This document shows positions 11,944-21,828 of a DNA stretch of 32,179 nt, piece by piece. The number at the start of each line of letters is the position of its first letter. Position 1 is the stretch's first letter. This DNA comes from Chrysochromulina tobinii (lineage: Eukaryota): assembly GCA_001275005.1 (NCBI GenBank), contig JWZX01002060.1, positions 1-32,179 on the forward strand. Direction: 5' to 3'. The notes under the pieces were generated by a model. It made no database searches. It had not been told where the DNA came from and saw only the letters and a list, made by a program, of their open reading frames with translations. The position numbers and the translations under genes were made by a program.

Positions 11944-14157
11944 TCACTTGATAGCCCGCATAATCTTGAGCGACTCCTTGAAGCGCGTGATGGTAAGCTC
12001 TAGGCGCTTGCGCTTTGAGGCCTTCACGGGATCCTCGGCCATCAGCTCCGCGAGATTCGCCGGATCCATGAGTTCCTTCTTGACGAAGCTCGAGAGCTCA
12101 ACGTTGACCGTGTACAAAAGCTCGCTCCACACGAGCTTTGGCACGTCATCAAGGATGCACTTGAGCAGAACCTTGCTGTAGGAGAAGATAGAGAGCTGCA
12201 TGTCTATGACCGCCTGATCGGAGTTACTCTGACCCTTAGTAAAGATCTTGGCTGCGTCCTCTATGAAGTCCCCCGTCACGCCTTCGATGGCCTCAGCTCC
12301 GAGCAGTTGCAGTAAACCATTATCGTATACTGTTTGAGCTGTGCCATCATCCCAAAAAATGTCCACCTCCGCTGTCGAGTCAGGGTTGCACTTGACGACA
12401 GTGCCCTTGGAGTCTTTGCCCTTCGAAGCATTTCCCTTCGATGGCGTCACACGGTCGCCAACTCTCAACGCCTGGTCCCTCGATCCGACCATCATAAGTG
12501 AGCGGGAGCGCGACATCACGCCATTGCGCACTTTGTTGAGCGTGTCCATGTAGTAGTGATTGAAAGTGAAAGGTTTGGCCAGCTCCGCCTTCAATATCGC
12601 CTCGAGATGATGAACGACCACGCGTGACTGGGTCTTGAGCAGCTGGGAGATGCGGTCCTTGACGTGATCGTTGAGACGAGGGAATTCAGTAATGTACTCG
12701 TCCACCTTGGCATCGAGCGCCTCCTGCATCGCATCCTGCATCTTAGAGACCATCGTCTTAGCAGCGGAGAAAAGAATGCCGCCGACCTCGTTCGCCGAGG
12801 TCGCCGTCTTGAAGAAGGCCGCCACGAGGCTCTTGCGGAAGATAGGGTACATCATGAAGTTTTGAGGGGACACGCCCTGCACCTCCTTGAGGCTCACCTT
12901 CAGCATCTCCTTGTATTCGGCAGAGAGGTAGTCAGGCGTCGCAGAGTGGATCACCTGGCCAAACTCCTCGGCGAGGTCAACCCACACCGTTGGCAGGTGA
13001 AGCTTCTTGTCGTCGAAATGCCGTGCACCCGTGAGGATGTCGTGCAAGTCAAGATCGATGCGGCGAATCATTTCGTTCATTCGCGAGCTACGCGCGGCGT
13101 CGCTCGCACACGCAGGTGCGAGCCGTTCGGCCTCAGCTTCGGCTTCCATAAGGCGTGTGCTGAGCAGCTGCTTGATCTCAGGGATGAACGCCTCGACTCG
13201 ATTCGCTTGCACCGCGACAATCTGTCGAACAAGCGTGCGCAGTCCCCACTGAGCAGGTGCCAGCTGCGAGAGGAGCTCATCCTTTTCGAAGAGCCTATGT
13301 TCTGAAGCCATCGCTTCAGCACGGGTGATACCCTCCTTTACCTCGCCAGGCGTGCGGCACCGCAACGCGATGAAGCCAAGTTCGAGCTGGATGTTCTTGC
13401 CCTCCATCTTGATGCGCTGCACAATGTCGCTATCCGGTTTGATGAGGTCGGACTTGGTGACGACGCCAAGAGTCCGCAGTCCGTACGGATCGTACTTCTT
13501 TGCAAGTTTGAGCGCTTCCGCGTTCCCAAAGTCGTCGGTCGCTGGGATCACGACGAGGATGACCATGTTGGGATCCTTGATGTAGCTCTCGACCATACCT
13601 TTTGTGATCTCGTGGACGTCAGCCTGCCCGTCAGCGGTCATGTGCGTGATGCCTGGGATATCGATGAGCGTGAATGTCGGACCCGACGGCCGCACGACCG
13701 TCACATAGATTGGCTCTGTGGTGATGATTGTAGTGCCCTTGCCCATCTTCGAGGTTAGAGTGTCTGTCAACTCTACAATCTTAGGACCGAAGTTGGAGAG
13801 ATCATCGATTCGTTCCCGTCCCTCACATTTCGCCTCGAGGCCGACTAAGGCGTAGGCTTCTTTTATCGTCGGGTCGGCGGCGAGGCTCACGATGGTCGGG
13901 CAGCGAGTGCACGTGTTCTCGGCCCGGGGAAAGTTTAGATCGGATAGGTACTCCATCACAGATGACTTGCCAGCAGACTGCGCGCCGCAGACCACGATGC
14001 CTGGCACGGAGATGCCCTCTTTATTCAGATCGCTTCGCACTTGCTCTAGCGCCTCGAGCTTCGGACGCAGCCTGCTGTCAAATTCCTCATTGAAGTCCTG
14101 CATCTGGACCGAGTAGTAGGCTTCGGCCAACGTCTGGCCTGTCTGGCGTCCGGCCAA
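11944..14157 (-). CDS. Mx-like dynamin-superfamily GTPase, apparently intronless (first in-frame ATG at 14103)
   Basis: RLRPKLEALEQVR N-terminal helix, G1 VPGIVVCGAQSAGKSSV, FPR...CTRCP, G3 LIDIPGI, G4 GVVTKSD, stalk PFTFNHYY and a GED ending LMAEDPVKASKRKRL. No PH or PRD domain. Confidence 0.92.
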   Translation of the reverse strand: MAGRQTGQTLAEAYYSVQMQDFNEEFDSRLRPKLEALEQVRSDLNKEGISVPGIVVCGAQSAGKSSVMEYLSDLNFPRAENTCTRCPTIVSLAADPTIKEAYALVGLEAKCEGRERIDDLSNFGPKIVELTDTLTSKMGKGTTIITTEPIYVTVVRPSGPTFTLIDIPGITHMTADGQADVHEITKGMVESYIKDPNMVILVVIPATDDFGNAEALKLAKKYDPYGLRTLGVVTKSDLIKPDSDIVQRIKMEGKNIQLELGFIALRCRTPGEVKEGITRAEAMASEHRLFEKDELLSQLAPAQWGLRTLVRQIVAVQANRVEAFIPEIKQLLSTRLMEAEAEAERLAPACASDAARSSRMNEMIRRIDLDLHDILTGARHFDDKKLHLPTVWVDLAEEFGQVIHSATPDYLSAEYKEMLKVSLKEVQGVSPQNFMMYPIFRKSLVAAFFKTATSANEVGGILFSAAKTMVSKMQDAMQEALDAKVDEYITEFPRLNDHVKDRISQLLKTQSRVVVHHLEAILKAELAKPFTFNHYYMDTLNKVRNGVMSRSRSLMMVGSRDQALRVGDRVTPSKGNASKGKDSKGTVVKCNPDSTAEVDIFWDDGTAQTVYDNGLLQLLGAEAIEGVTGDFIEDAAKIFTKGQSNSDQAVIDMQLSIFSYSKVLLKCILDDVPKLVWSELLYTVNVELSSFVKKELMDPANLAELMAEDPVKASKRKRLELTITRFKESLKIMRAIK

Positions 14158-14826
14158 TCTGGTGCCCGACCTGTCAATCGTGTCCGGCGTCCGTGAGGAA
14201 GAGCGAGAGACAGATCGCGATCATCGATTGAGTTTGCAGACTGTGAGTGTTGAGAAAGCGAGACTATATTCGTCTTCACGGAGACACAACTCTCCCCCGT
14301 ATGACGTTACACATGAGATGACATTAACGATACACATGATTGCATGCTTGTTCAGTACATTCACAGTTCCTCTCAGCTGTTCACGGCATGCCCATTACCA
14401 GCTGTCCGTCAGTCCGCGGGCCAGGACGCGAGTTTAGAAACTTGGAGATTGGTCTGACGCGGCGCGATGATACTAGCTTCTCCTTCGAGACACTCGTCAT
14501 AGGCAGAAGTTGTATGAGGTTGACTTTTTACGATAACTTGTGGAGAACGCAATTGCGCGAACGAGAACGTGAAATTGAGGACACAACAAACGTCGACTGC
14601 TGCGTTCGAGGCCTGTGCTAGTTCCTGTGGACTAACACAAAGGATCGGACCCCCCACCCCCCAACACGAACTCGCTACATCAGGCGGCTTGGAGCCAGGG
14701 CGGCTTCGAGGACTTCCGTCGCGTTGTCTTGGGCGCCGCCCTGTATGTATGTGCCTCATACTTCACAATCGTCGCTGTCCGGACGCGTAAAGCGCGTTGT
14801 GCCTGCCCCAGCGTTCAGCTCCGGGC

Positions 14827-15386
14827 ATGCTTTCACCCGCCTCCTCGAACAAGCTGAAGCAGATTGCCAACTCTCTCAACGAGCTCGAGGGCGATGGCTC
14901 CCTTGGCCGGAGAATCAAAGCCGCGCAGGAGCTCTCGCAGGCGCTCGAATCGATCACCGACGGCGACCGCGGCGTGACGCGGCTGTGCGGTGGCCGCGGT
15001 GTGGCCTCGCTGCTCGTCGCGCTCATGGACGTGTGCGGCGAAGAACGCGACTTGACGCGCAACACCATCCTGTCGTCGCTGGCGCGGCTCGTCTTCTTTA
15101 TCAACAGTAGCGAGCTCCTGGAGGACGCGCGCGTGTGGGCGCTCCTGCTGCGCATGCTGTACCAGCGCGACGAGACGAGCGTGTGCCATGCGCTCACCGT
15201 CATGCTGCGCATGTCGCGGGACGATGCGTGCGTGCACCACCTATGCGATTCCCGCCGCCTCAGCTCTGCGACATCGCAGCTCGCCGCCTCCAACAACGCG
15301 CGGATTGCCGAGCTCGCGGCGGAGATTGCTGTGAACGTGTCTCACGCACGCGAGGCCGCGGAGGGTACCGCCGCCAACGCACAGCA

Positions 15387-15449
<63 letters not shown>

Positions 15450-17772
15450 GCGGCGGATTTCGTCGCAGCCGGGCGGCGCGGGTGGCAGCCAGGAGCAGCT
15501 GCCCCGGGAGCCCCTCCAAGACGAGGAGAAGCGCCAGCGGCGGTGGCGACGGCCACGCGCAGTCTCGACGTTGGCCGAGGGGCCGTTGCTTGGCGAGGCG
15601 GATCCGGACAGCGCCGCCTCCTCCTCCTCGCCCGCGGTGGCCACGTCGGCGGTGACGTCGGCGGTGACGTCGGTGCCCTCCAGCCGACGAGAGAGGATGA
15701 TCGCGGACCTCAAGAGCTGGCGTGGCCAGATGACGAGTAAGCTCGACCAGTCGGGCGCCGAGTCGGGCGCCGAAGCGCCAAGCGCCGAGGCGAGCGCCGA
15801 GCCGCCCGGCGCCCTCATCGACGAGATCGTCGATCTCGACCGCAACCGCCGCGAGATCGTCGATCTCGACCGCGACCGCCGCGAGATCGTCGATCTCGAC
15901 CGCGGCCGCCGCTCGACGATGAGCAAGCTGGTCAGCCTCCGAGGTCGGCTGCCTTCCTCGCGAGGCAGCCGTGAGGACCGAGGCGCCGTCCCGGGCGCTC
16001 CTCCTCCCCGTCAGAGCGCCGAGCTGAGCGCCGAGTTGAGCGCCGACCTTCGCCCCGAGCCTTCCCAGACGGGCCGTGCCGTGGCATCTGGCGCCACCTC
16101 CAAGCAGCACTCCTCCGCCTCCTCCTCCTCCTCCTCCTCCGCCGCGCCGGGGGGCGGCCCGCCTGTGCGCCCTCCCCGATTGCTCGGTCGGCCCGCGATG
16201 CTCAGCGGCGCGAACCCTCGTCGAGGGGGGGCGGCGGCGGCGACGACGGCGGCGGCGGGAACGGCAGCCGATGAGGCGAGGCGAAGACGTCTTGAGGCGG
16301 CGCGAGCGGCGGCGGCGGTGGAGGACGAGGCCACGCAGGAGGATCTCCATGAGGATCTCGGGGTGGAGGGGCAGGGGGCGGCTGCGCAGGAAGCAGCGGC
16401 AGCAGCGGCAGCGGCAGCGGCCGAGGAGGAGGCGGCGGCGGAGGCGACGGCGGAGGCGGCGGCGGCGGCGGCGGATTCGAGCCGCGCGTGGCGCGCGCGT
16501 GTCGGCTGGGACAGTGCAGCGTCTGAGGAGGCGGTGGCCGACGAGGCCGCGGCGACGGGCGCGGCCAATCTCGTCCCAATCTCGGCCAATCTCGGACCAA
16601 TCTCGCCCCGCAGCACGCCCATGTTCTCCGTCGCCCCGATCGCCCGTCGGCCGGTGCCACGCGCCTGTGCCACCTCCGACGATCTGGGAGCGATCTCGCT
16701 GCGTGCAGGCGCGAGTGCGAGCTCCGCCAGCGGCGCGTCGGCGCGCAGCGAGATCGCTCCCAGATCGTCGGCGCGCAGCGAGATCGCTCCCAGATCGTCG
16801 GCGCGCAGCGACTCCTCTTGCACAGCCTCTTGCACGGAGGACCCTCGGCGGCGGCGCCGCCTCGCGCGCGCAGCTGCCTGTGGTACAGCGGCATGGGAGG
16901 AGCCGGAGCAGCGGCCGCTGAGCTCGACGTACCACGACCCCCCGACGTACACTGCACGAGGCTTCGAGGCCGCCTACCAGCCAGAGGAGGACTTGGGTGG
17001 TGTGGAGGCCTCCTACCAGGACGAGGTGGATGCGCCCTACCAGCCACGTGGCGCTGTCTTGGGCGCGCGCCTCGCGGCCACCGTCGGGGGCGAGTACCGG
17101 GGGAGCGCTGTGTTGGGCGAGCACCGGGGCGAACGCGGGCGGGGAGGGAGCGCCCAACACAGCGCCTCGCCGCTCGACGAAGGGATAGACGAAGAGGAGC
17201 TCGACGAACCCGACGGGGGGAGCGACGGGGGGAGCGACGAGGAGCTGCTGGCGACGAGCTTTGGGCGCGAAGACTGGCCCGAGACGGCGGCCGCCTATGC
17301 GACCGCCTGTGCGAGGAGTCGCACCTCGAGTGGCGGCGGCTCGGGGAGCTATGACGGTGGCGCGATGGAGTACGCGGCTGGAGAGTCGTATGCCGAGGAG
17401 AGCTACGGAGCGAGCACCGCCCTCGACGACGCCGCACAGCGCTCCCTCATCTCCGCCATGGGCGCGGCGGGATTCGCTCCGACGGCGAGCCACGACGGCG
17501 CGCGGCACGCCCACGACGGCGCGCGGCACGCCCACGACGACGCGCGGCACGCCCACGACGACGCACAACACGCCGTCGCCGCAGACGAGTGGGTCGATAT
17601 GCCGAGGGTGGTGGCACGCGCGACCTTTTCGCAGATCAAGGCCGACGGCGCCACGGTCGGCGACTCGCCCAGGCCGCCGACGGCTGCTGCCGAGGGCGCC
17701 CCGATCAATGTGGCCGACTCGAAGCGACGGCAGCGCCGGCAGAGGTTCGAGGCCGCGGTCACGTTCGAATAA
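14827..17772 (+). CDS. Hypothetical protein: N-terminal ARM/HEAT-like helical domain, then poly-Q and a long disordered repeat-rich tail
   Basis: ~980-aa ORF with ATG at 14827. RLCGGRGVASLLVALM and NARIAELAAEIAVNVS are ARM-like. The tail has EIVDLDRxRR x3, RSEIAPRSSA x2 and HDGARHA x4. Hidden introns cannot be excluded. Confidence 0.65.
15391..15447 (+). repeat. (CAG)19 microsatellite encoding poly-Q
   Basis: Uninterrupted in-frame CAG run. Confidence 0.95.
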
Positions 17773-17901
17773 CGCAAACTCATTCACATCCGCCGGTCGG
17801 CGGGCAAACATACCTAACTGGCTCAGGAAACAAAGGGCTCGAGAAAAGAATAGCATGTGCTACATTAGGAACTTTGTACGGTACGTATTGAATCAAACAG
17901 G

Positions 17902-18876
17902 TCACAAGGGGACTCGGCGACGCAGCCTCCGCCACATGACGCTCGCCATCAGCAGAAGCGCACCCACCGATGCAGCTGGCCCCACGCCTGCCCTCCAACC
18001 TCCAATCACGTCATGCGGAGGTAGCAGCAGTGGCGTCTGGCGCGGCGACGGCTCGTATGGAGACCTAAGAGGGCGTTCTGCTCGGCCGCATCCCCTGCAC
18101 GGCGTGCCTTCGGCACTCGGCCGCTCATTCGTCCCTCGCGCGTGCCTTTTGCGACGGTCGGAGGGCAGCCCAGAGCGGAAGAGAAGCGCCACCTGTTCCG
18201 GGAACAGGGCACGCGACCATACGGCCACCTCGCCCAACGCGCTGCCTGGGGAGCCGCCGCCGCCCTCGTGTTCACTCGAGGGCTCCACGCCGCGCATGCC
18301 GTCGCCGCTGCCGCCGTCGTGGATGGCTTTGCGGCCGAGCAACAACGGAGCCTCGTTGTCCAGGGATCCCAGGTGGCGCAAGCGAGACGCGCGAAGCGAG
18401 AGCGACTCACTGAGCTTTCCATCGACATACACAGCGAGCTGTGGCCTGGGTGGACGGCTGAGCACGACACAGGCGTGGTGCCACTGCCCGTCGGCGAGGT
18501 TGGTGCGGCCGAGCTCCTCATGTGCCGACACTCCGGTCGCGTCGGCCAAGCTGACGCCGAGGCCGCGATCCTCGCCGAGCTCGATGCTGAAGCCTCGCGT
18601 CGCGCGACCAACGCGAGACAGCTTCGAAATGAGCGCGGTGCCGCGCGTGGCTGAGCGGAAGCGCGCACACGCCGTCAGGGAGCCTGAGCCGAATGCGAGT
18701 GATGCCGAGTGCGCGGCGATGCCGAAGCAGCCGCTCAAGCTGAGCGCGCGCGTGCCAATAGCGTGCCCATCAGTCCAGCTGCAGTTGTAGCCGCGCAGAG
18801 CGATGTCGCCTAGTGAAGATTGCACCGAGCCGTCGAGCGGCCAGGCCGCCTGCGGCGATGGCAAGCCGGTGCGCAT
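17902..18876 (-). CDS. LamG/concanavalin A-like (Laminin_G_3-type) domain protein with a C-terminal hydrophobic anchor
   Basis: AAWPLDG, LADGQWHHACVV, LAVYVDGKL, PLLLGR and LGEVAVWSRALFPEQVALLF are typical LamG-3 blocks. The C-terminus VGALLLMASVMW-RRLRRR resembles a TM helix with a basic stop-transfer. Confidence 0.82.
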   Translation of the reverse strand: MRTGLPSPQAAWPLDGSVQSSLGDIALRGYNCSWTDGHAIGTRALSLSGCFGIAAHSASLAFGSGSLTACARFRSATRGTALISKLSRVGRATRGFSIELGEDRGLGVSLADATGVSAHEELGRTNLADGQWHHACVVLSRPPRPQLAVYVDGKLSESLSLRASRLRHLGSLDNEAPLLLGRKAIHDGGSGDGMRGVEPSSEHEGGGGSPGSALGEVAVWSRALFPEQVALLFRSGLPSDRRKRHARGTNERPSAEGTPCRGCGRAERPLRSPYEPSPRQTPLLLPPHDVIGGWRAGVGPAASVGALLLMASVMWRRLRRRVPL

Positions 18877-19029
18877 TCATCTTTTTCTGTTCACACCAGC
18901 TCCGAGTGTGAATAAAAGAAGATTACAGACTGCCACGCGCGTGGGCGGCGACGGAACGCTCGAACGCCTTATGTTTGCCGTTATGAATAGCGCGCTCTCG
19001 CGCACTCCAAAACGTCAGTTTTTGTTTTG

Positions 19030-19797
19030 ATGGCTTCTGGTACCCGCACCTACGTCGGCAGCGGTGTGGATGCACCTCCCAAGTTGGCCAAGTCCTCGTC
19101 CGTGACCAAAGTCATCGGCGCGAATCGTGGCGATCCGTTCGCGATCGTGAAGGCACCTCCTGCGCCAGGGGAGCTTCGGCTTGGGCAGTTGTCAGTCGAG
19201 TACGGCCCACCGCTCACTTGGGAGCAGCTCAAGGCTGGCGAGCCCGCACGGACCACGGTGGCGGCCTACGAGCGCCTGAAGCGATTCTTGGCTTGGTGTG
19301 CAGAGCGGAAACACACCGAGCTCGAGTTCGTCATGGCCACGGTCTTCTGGCACACGGTGGAGTCAGATTCCACACTCACAGTCCACGGAGAGCTCACCAG
19401 CATTACTTCGGAGCTCACCGTCGCCCTTGAGCCAAACGTGTGTCCTTGCCATGTCACACCCGACATCGAGCACTGGTCGCTCTGGTACCATCCCAAATGT
19501 GCGGCTGCTACTGCGGGGCTGGATCCGGGCGTGTGCCATGCGCTTCTACGTCACTTTCTACCATCGCTGGTGCCCGAGGATGAGTTGGTCGCTTTCCAGG
19601 CAAGGCCTCAGTTCCGGTCGAGGCTCTGCCCCAATGCCGACATCGGAACTCAGATGGCGCACGTGCACGTCTTCCTGAGGCCGCGAAGCGAGGGCACCAC
19701 GAGCGCCCTGACCAACCTGCGGCTCGAGCGCCGCTTGCGATCGCCGTGGGCTGAGGCTGAGCGGCTGGGCGGCCGCGCGAGCGAGGTGGGCTTTTGA
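19030..19797 (+). CDS. DUF3605/GIG1-like protein (HIT-like fold)
   Basis: [38 protein letters not shown] and AHVHVFLR resemble the N-x-x-P-Y...I-x-H-x-x-x-W and H-x-H-V motifs of DUF3605. Family assigned from motif memory only. Confidence 0.62.
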   Translation: MASGTRTYVGSGVDAPPKLAKSSSVTKVIGANRGDPFAIVKAPPAPGELRLGQLSVEYGPPLTWEQLKAGEPARTTVAAYERLKRFLAWCAERKHTELEFVMATVFWHTVESDSTLTVHGELTSITSELTVALEPNVCPCHVTPDIEHWSLWYHPKCAAATAGLDPGVCHALLRHFLPSLVPEDELVAFQARPQFRSRLCPNADIGTQMAHVHVFLRPRSEGTTSALTNLRLERRLRSPWAEAERLGGRASEVGF

Positions 19798-19981
19798 ACG
19801 TGTATCAAACTTAGCCCAGCTTTCCAGAAGGCCCATGAAAAAAAATTCACGCCCATCACGACGCTTCTGCGGTCACGAGACCTCTCGGCTCTCAGGGCGC
19901 GCGCTTCTGCACTCGCGGCTCGGTCCACCCAGCTCGAGCAGGGCTGCGCTTCGTTTCGCAGTCGGCTGCCCAGGCAGAAAG

Positions 19982-20218
19982 ATGCCCTCAGGTGCTGGCC
20001 CGGACCTCAAAAAGTACATGGATAAGCGGCTAGCCATCAAGCTGAACGGCAACCGAACCATCAATGGCACATTGCGTGGCTTTGATCAGTTCATGAATTT
20101 GGTGCTCGACGAGACGGTCGAGCAGGTATCTGCCACAGAGCAGAACAGCATTGGCATGGTGGTGATCCGGGGCAACTCAATCGTGATGATTGAAGCGCTC
20201 GAGAAATTGTGGGAGTAG
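19982..20218 (+). CDS. SNRPG: Small nuclear ribonucleoprotein SmG, intronless
   Basis: [38 protein letters not shown] (Sm1) and [18 protein letters not shown] (Sm2); 78 aa. Confidence 0.97.
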   Translation: MPSGAGPDLKKYMDKRLAIKLNGNRTINGTLRGFDQFMNLVLDETVEQVSATEQNSIGMVVIRGNSIVMIEALEKLWE

Positions 20219-20852
20219 CGCAGATACTGGGGCAGCCGCTGCGCTACTCTGCTCACGCGCTCGACTCGACAGCATCGCCCAAGTACCTGCCCACTGAGCC
20301 ACCAGAGGCACCGACGTGTGGATGCGCTGGGGGGGGCAGTGTTCTGGGGCCTTGGGCGTCCTGGAGCTGTGCGGTGGTCCATGCTGTCTCTCTTGCCGTT
20401 GCGCTGGGTCCGCGGTCGGGCTCACTCTGCTCTGCCAGCAGGTGGAGAGCTCACAGTAATGCATCTCAGGTTGGGCTCGTCGAGCGGCAGTGCGCGAGTA
20501 CGTAACAGCATACACGTTTCTGTGCACACCATGCTTGAGATGCACCTTCTCTGAGACACGATTTCGATTATTTGTAACGTGTCGTTCGCGCCGGCGCCGG
20601 CGCGGCCGCGCGGAGGGCGCGCGCGCGCGCCCAAAGCTACACAGTACACGACATAAGTCACGCACGGGGCACCGCACGACAGCGCACTCACGGTCGCACA
20701 GCGGACCATATGGGCCATGATGCACAGCCGACTCTCACAAGAGCGTAAACAGGGCACAGCGGTCAGCGCTGCGCCGTGCGCGGGCCATCCATCAAGACCT
20801 TAATTGAGTCTGTCACCGCCCATGCGGCTTCGCCTCACAGTCACCTCCACAG

Positions 20853-21617
20853 TCACCTCCTCAACCTGTCCAGCTTTGCTTCGATCCGATCGAGCCGCTC
20901 ATAGATGCCTCCAGCACGCGGCTGACGGCCTGGCACCTGCTGCCCCAGGGTGTCGAGAGCCTCCTGCAGACGCAGGAGCGTTGCCAGGCGTTGAAGCTCT
21001 CGACCTGCCGCGGACGTGGAAAGCTCCTTCCACAGATCTCGCCAGCCGAGGCGGTCCCAGCCCGCCTGGACGGCGATCTCATGGATGGCCGAGCTCGGCA
21101 ACGCGTAGTGAGCCGCGGCAAGGAGCCAAGCGAGTGAGACGCATCGGGCTGGGTGGATGGCAGCCTGTCGGAGAGCATACAGCAAGCTCCATGCCACCCA
21201 CGCCGCCATGCGCACCCGGACGAAGACGCTCAGCAACCCAATCGAAAGCATGAACTCTGTCGGCAACGTCGCAAACCCATAGCACATCCCCGCCACGTAC
21301 GCAACATTGGCAGGCCCCGCAAGCTGCTCGACTGCCTGAGTAATGGCCTGCGATGCGGGGCCAGCTAACGTCTGTCGCACCTGCGACAGTCTACTCCAAG
21401 TGTTCGCCAACGTGCCAGCAGAGGGTGTCCGTGGAAGCTCGGTTGTCAAGGCGGCCGAGCGCAGCGCTCGCTGGATAAAGCTCGGTTGCGCTCTGGAGCA
21501 GAGCGACCGCTGGTTGAGTGCTTGCATGTTTGCTGGTAGTTGGCGCCATTTGAGGAGGGTGCTCGGCGTTCCGACTCGCCCGATCGTCGGCCGGCTGGCC
21601 GACCAAAGGAACGCCAT
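20853..21617 (-). CDS. Hypothetical membrane protein, 254 aa (the likely real part of ORF 20853..23192)
   Basis: ATG at 21617 gives an Arg/Ser-rich, acid-poor N-terminus (presequence-like), central hydrophobic segments and a C-terminal coiled-coil-like IYERLDRIEAKLDRL. It lies head-to-head with the ARM-HECT gene. No family recognised. Confidence 0.5.
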   Translation of the reverse strand: MAFLWSASRPTIGRVGTPSTLLKWRQLPANMQALNQRSLCSRAQPSFIQRALRSAALTTELPRTPSAGTLANTWSRLSQVRQTLAGPASQAITQAVEQLAGPANVAYVAGMCYGFATLPTEFMLSIGLLSVFVRVRMAAWVAWSLLYALRQAAIHPARCVSLAWLLAAAHYALPSSAIHEIAVQAGWDRLGWRDLWKELSTSAAGRELQRLATLLRLQEALDTLGQQVPGRQPRAGGIYERLDRIEAKLDRLRR

Positions 21618-21828
21618 TTTCTGTGGGTGTGAATGCACAGCGACGTCCCCAAAAACTCGATAAACCATTGCGTGTGTAACAATAATACTGCTCCAGACGA
21701 GCATCTTACATGTACCATATTTGGAAGACATTAATGTTGGAGCCTGCTTGGTGAAAAGCGACCCTGAGGCAAAGTGGGTGCCAGAGGCCAAAGCGCCGCG
21801 GCTGAGGAGGTGGTTGGGCCGTGCAAAG

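Noticed and set aside
15241..17856. 871-aa minus-strand ORF with poly-Leu
   Set aside because: Antisense of the poly-Q gene (CTG run), with no domain-like content.
20220..20850. Short ORFs downstream of SmG
   Set aside because: No motifs and overlapping on both strands; probably UTR or intergenic sequence between convergent genes.
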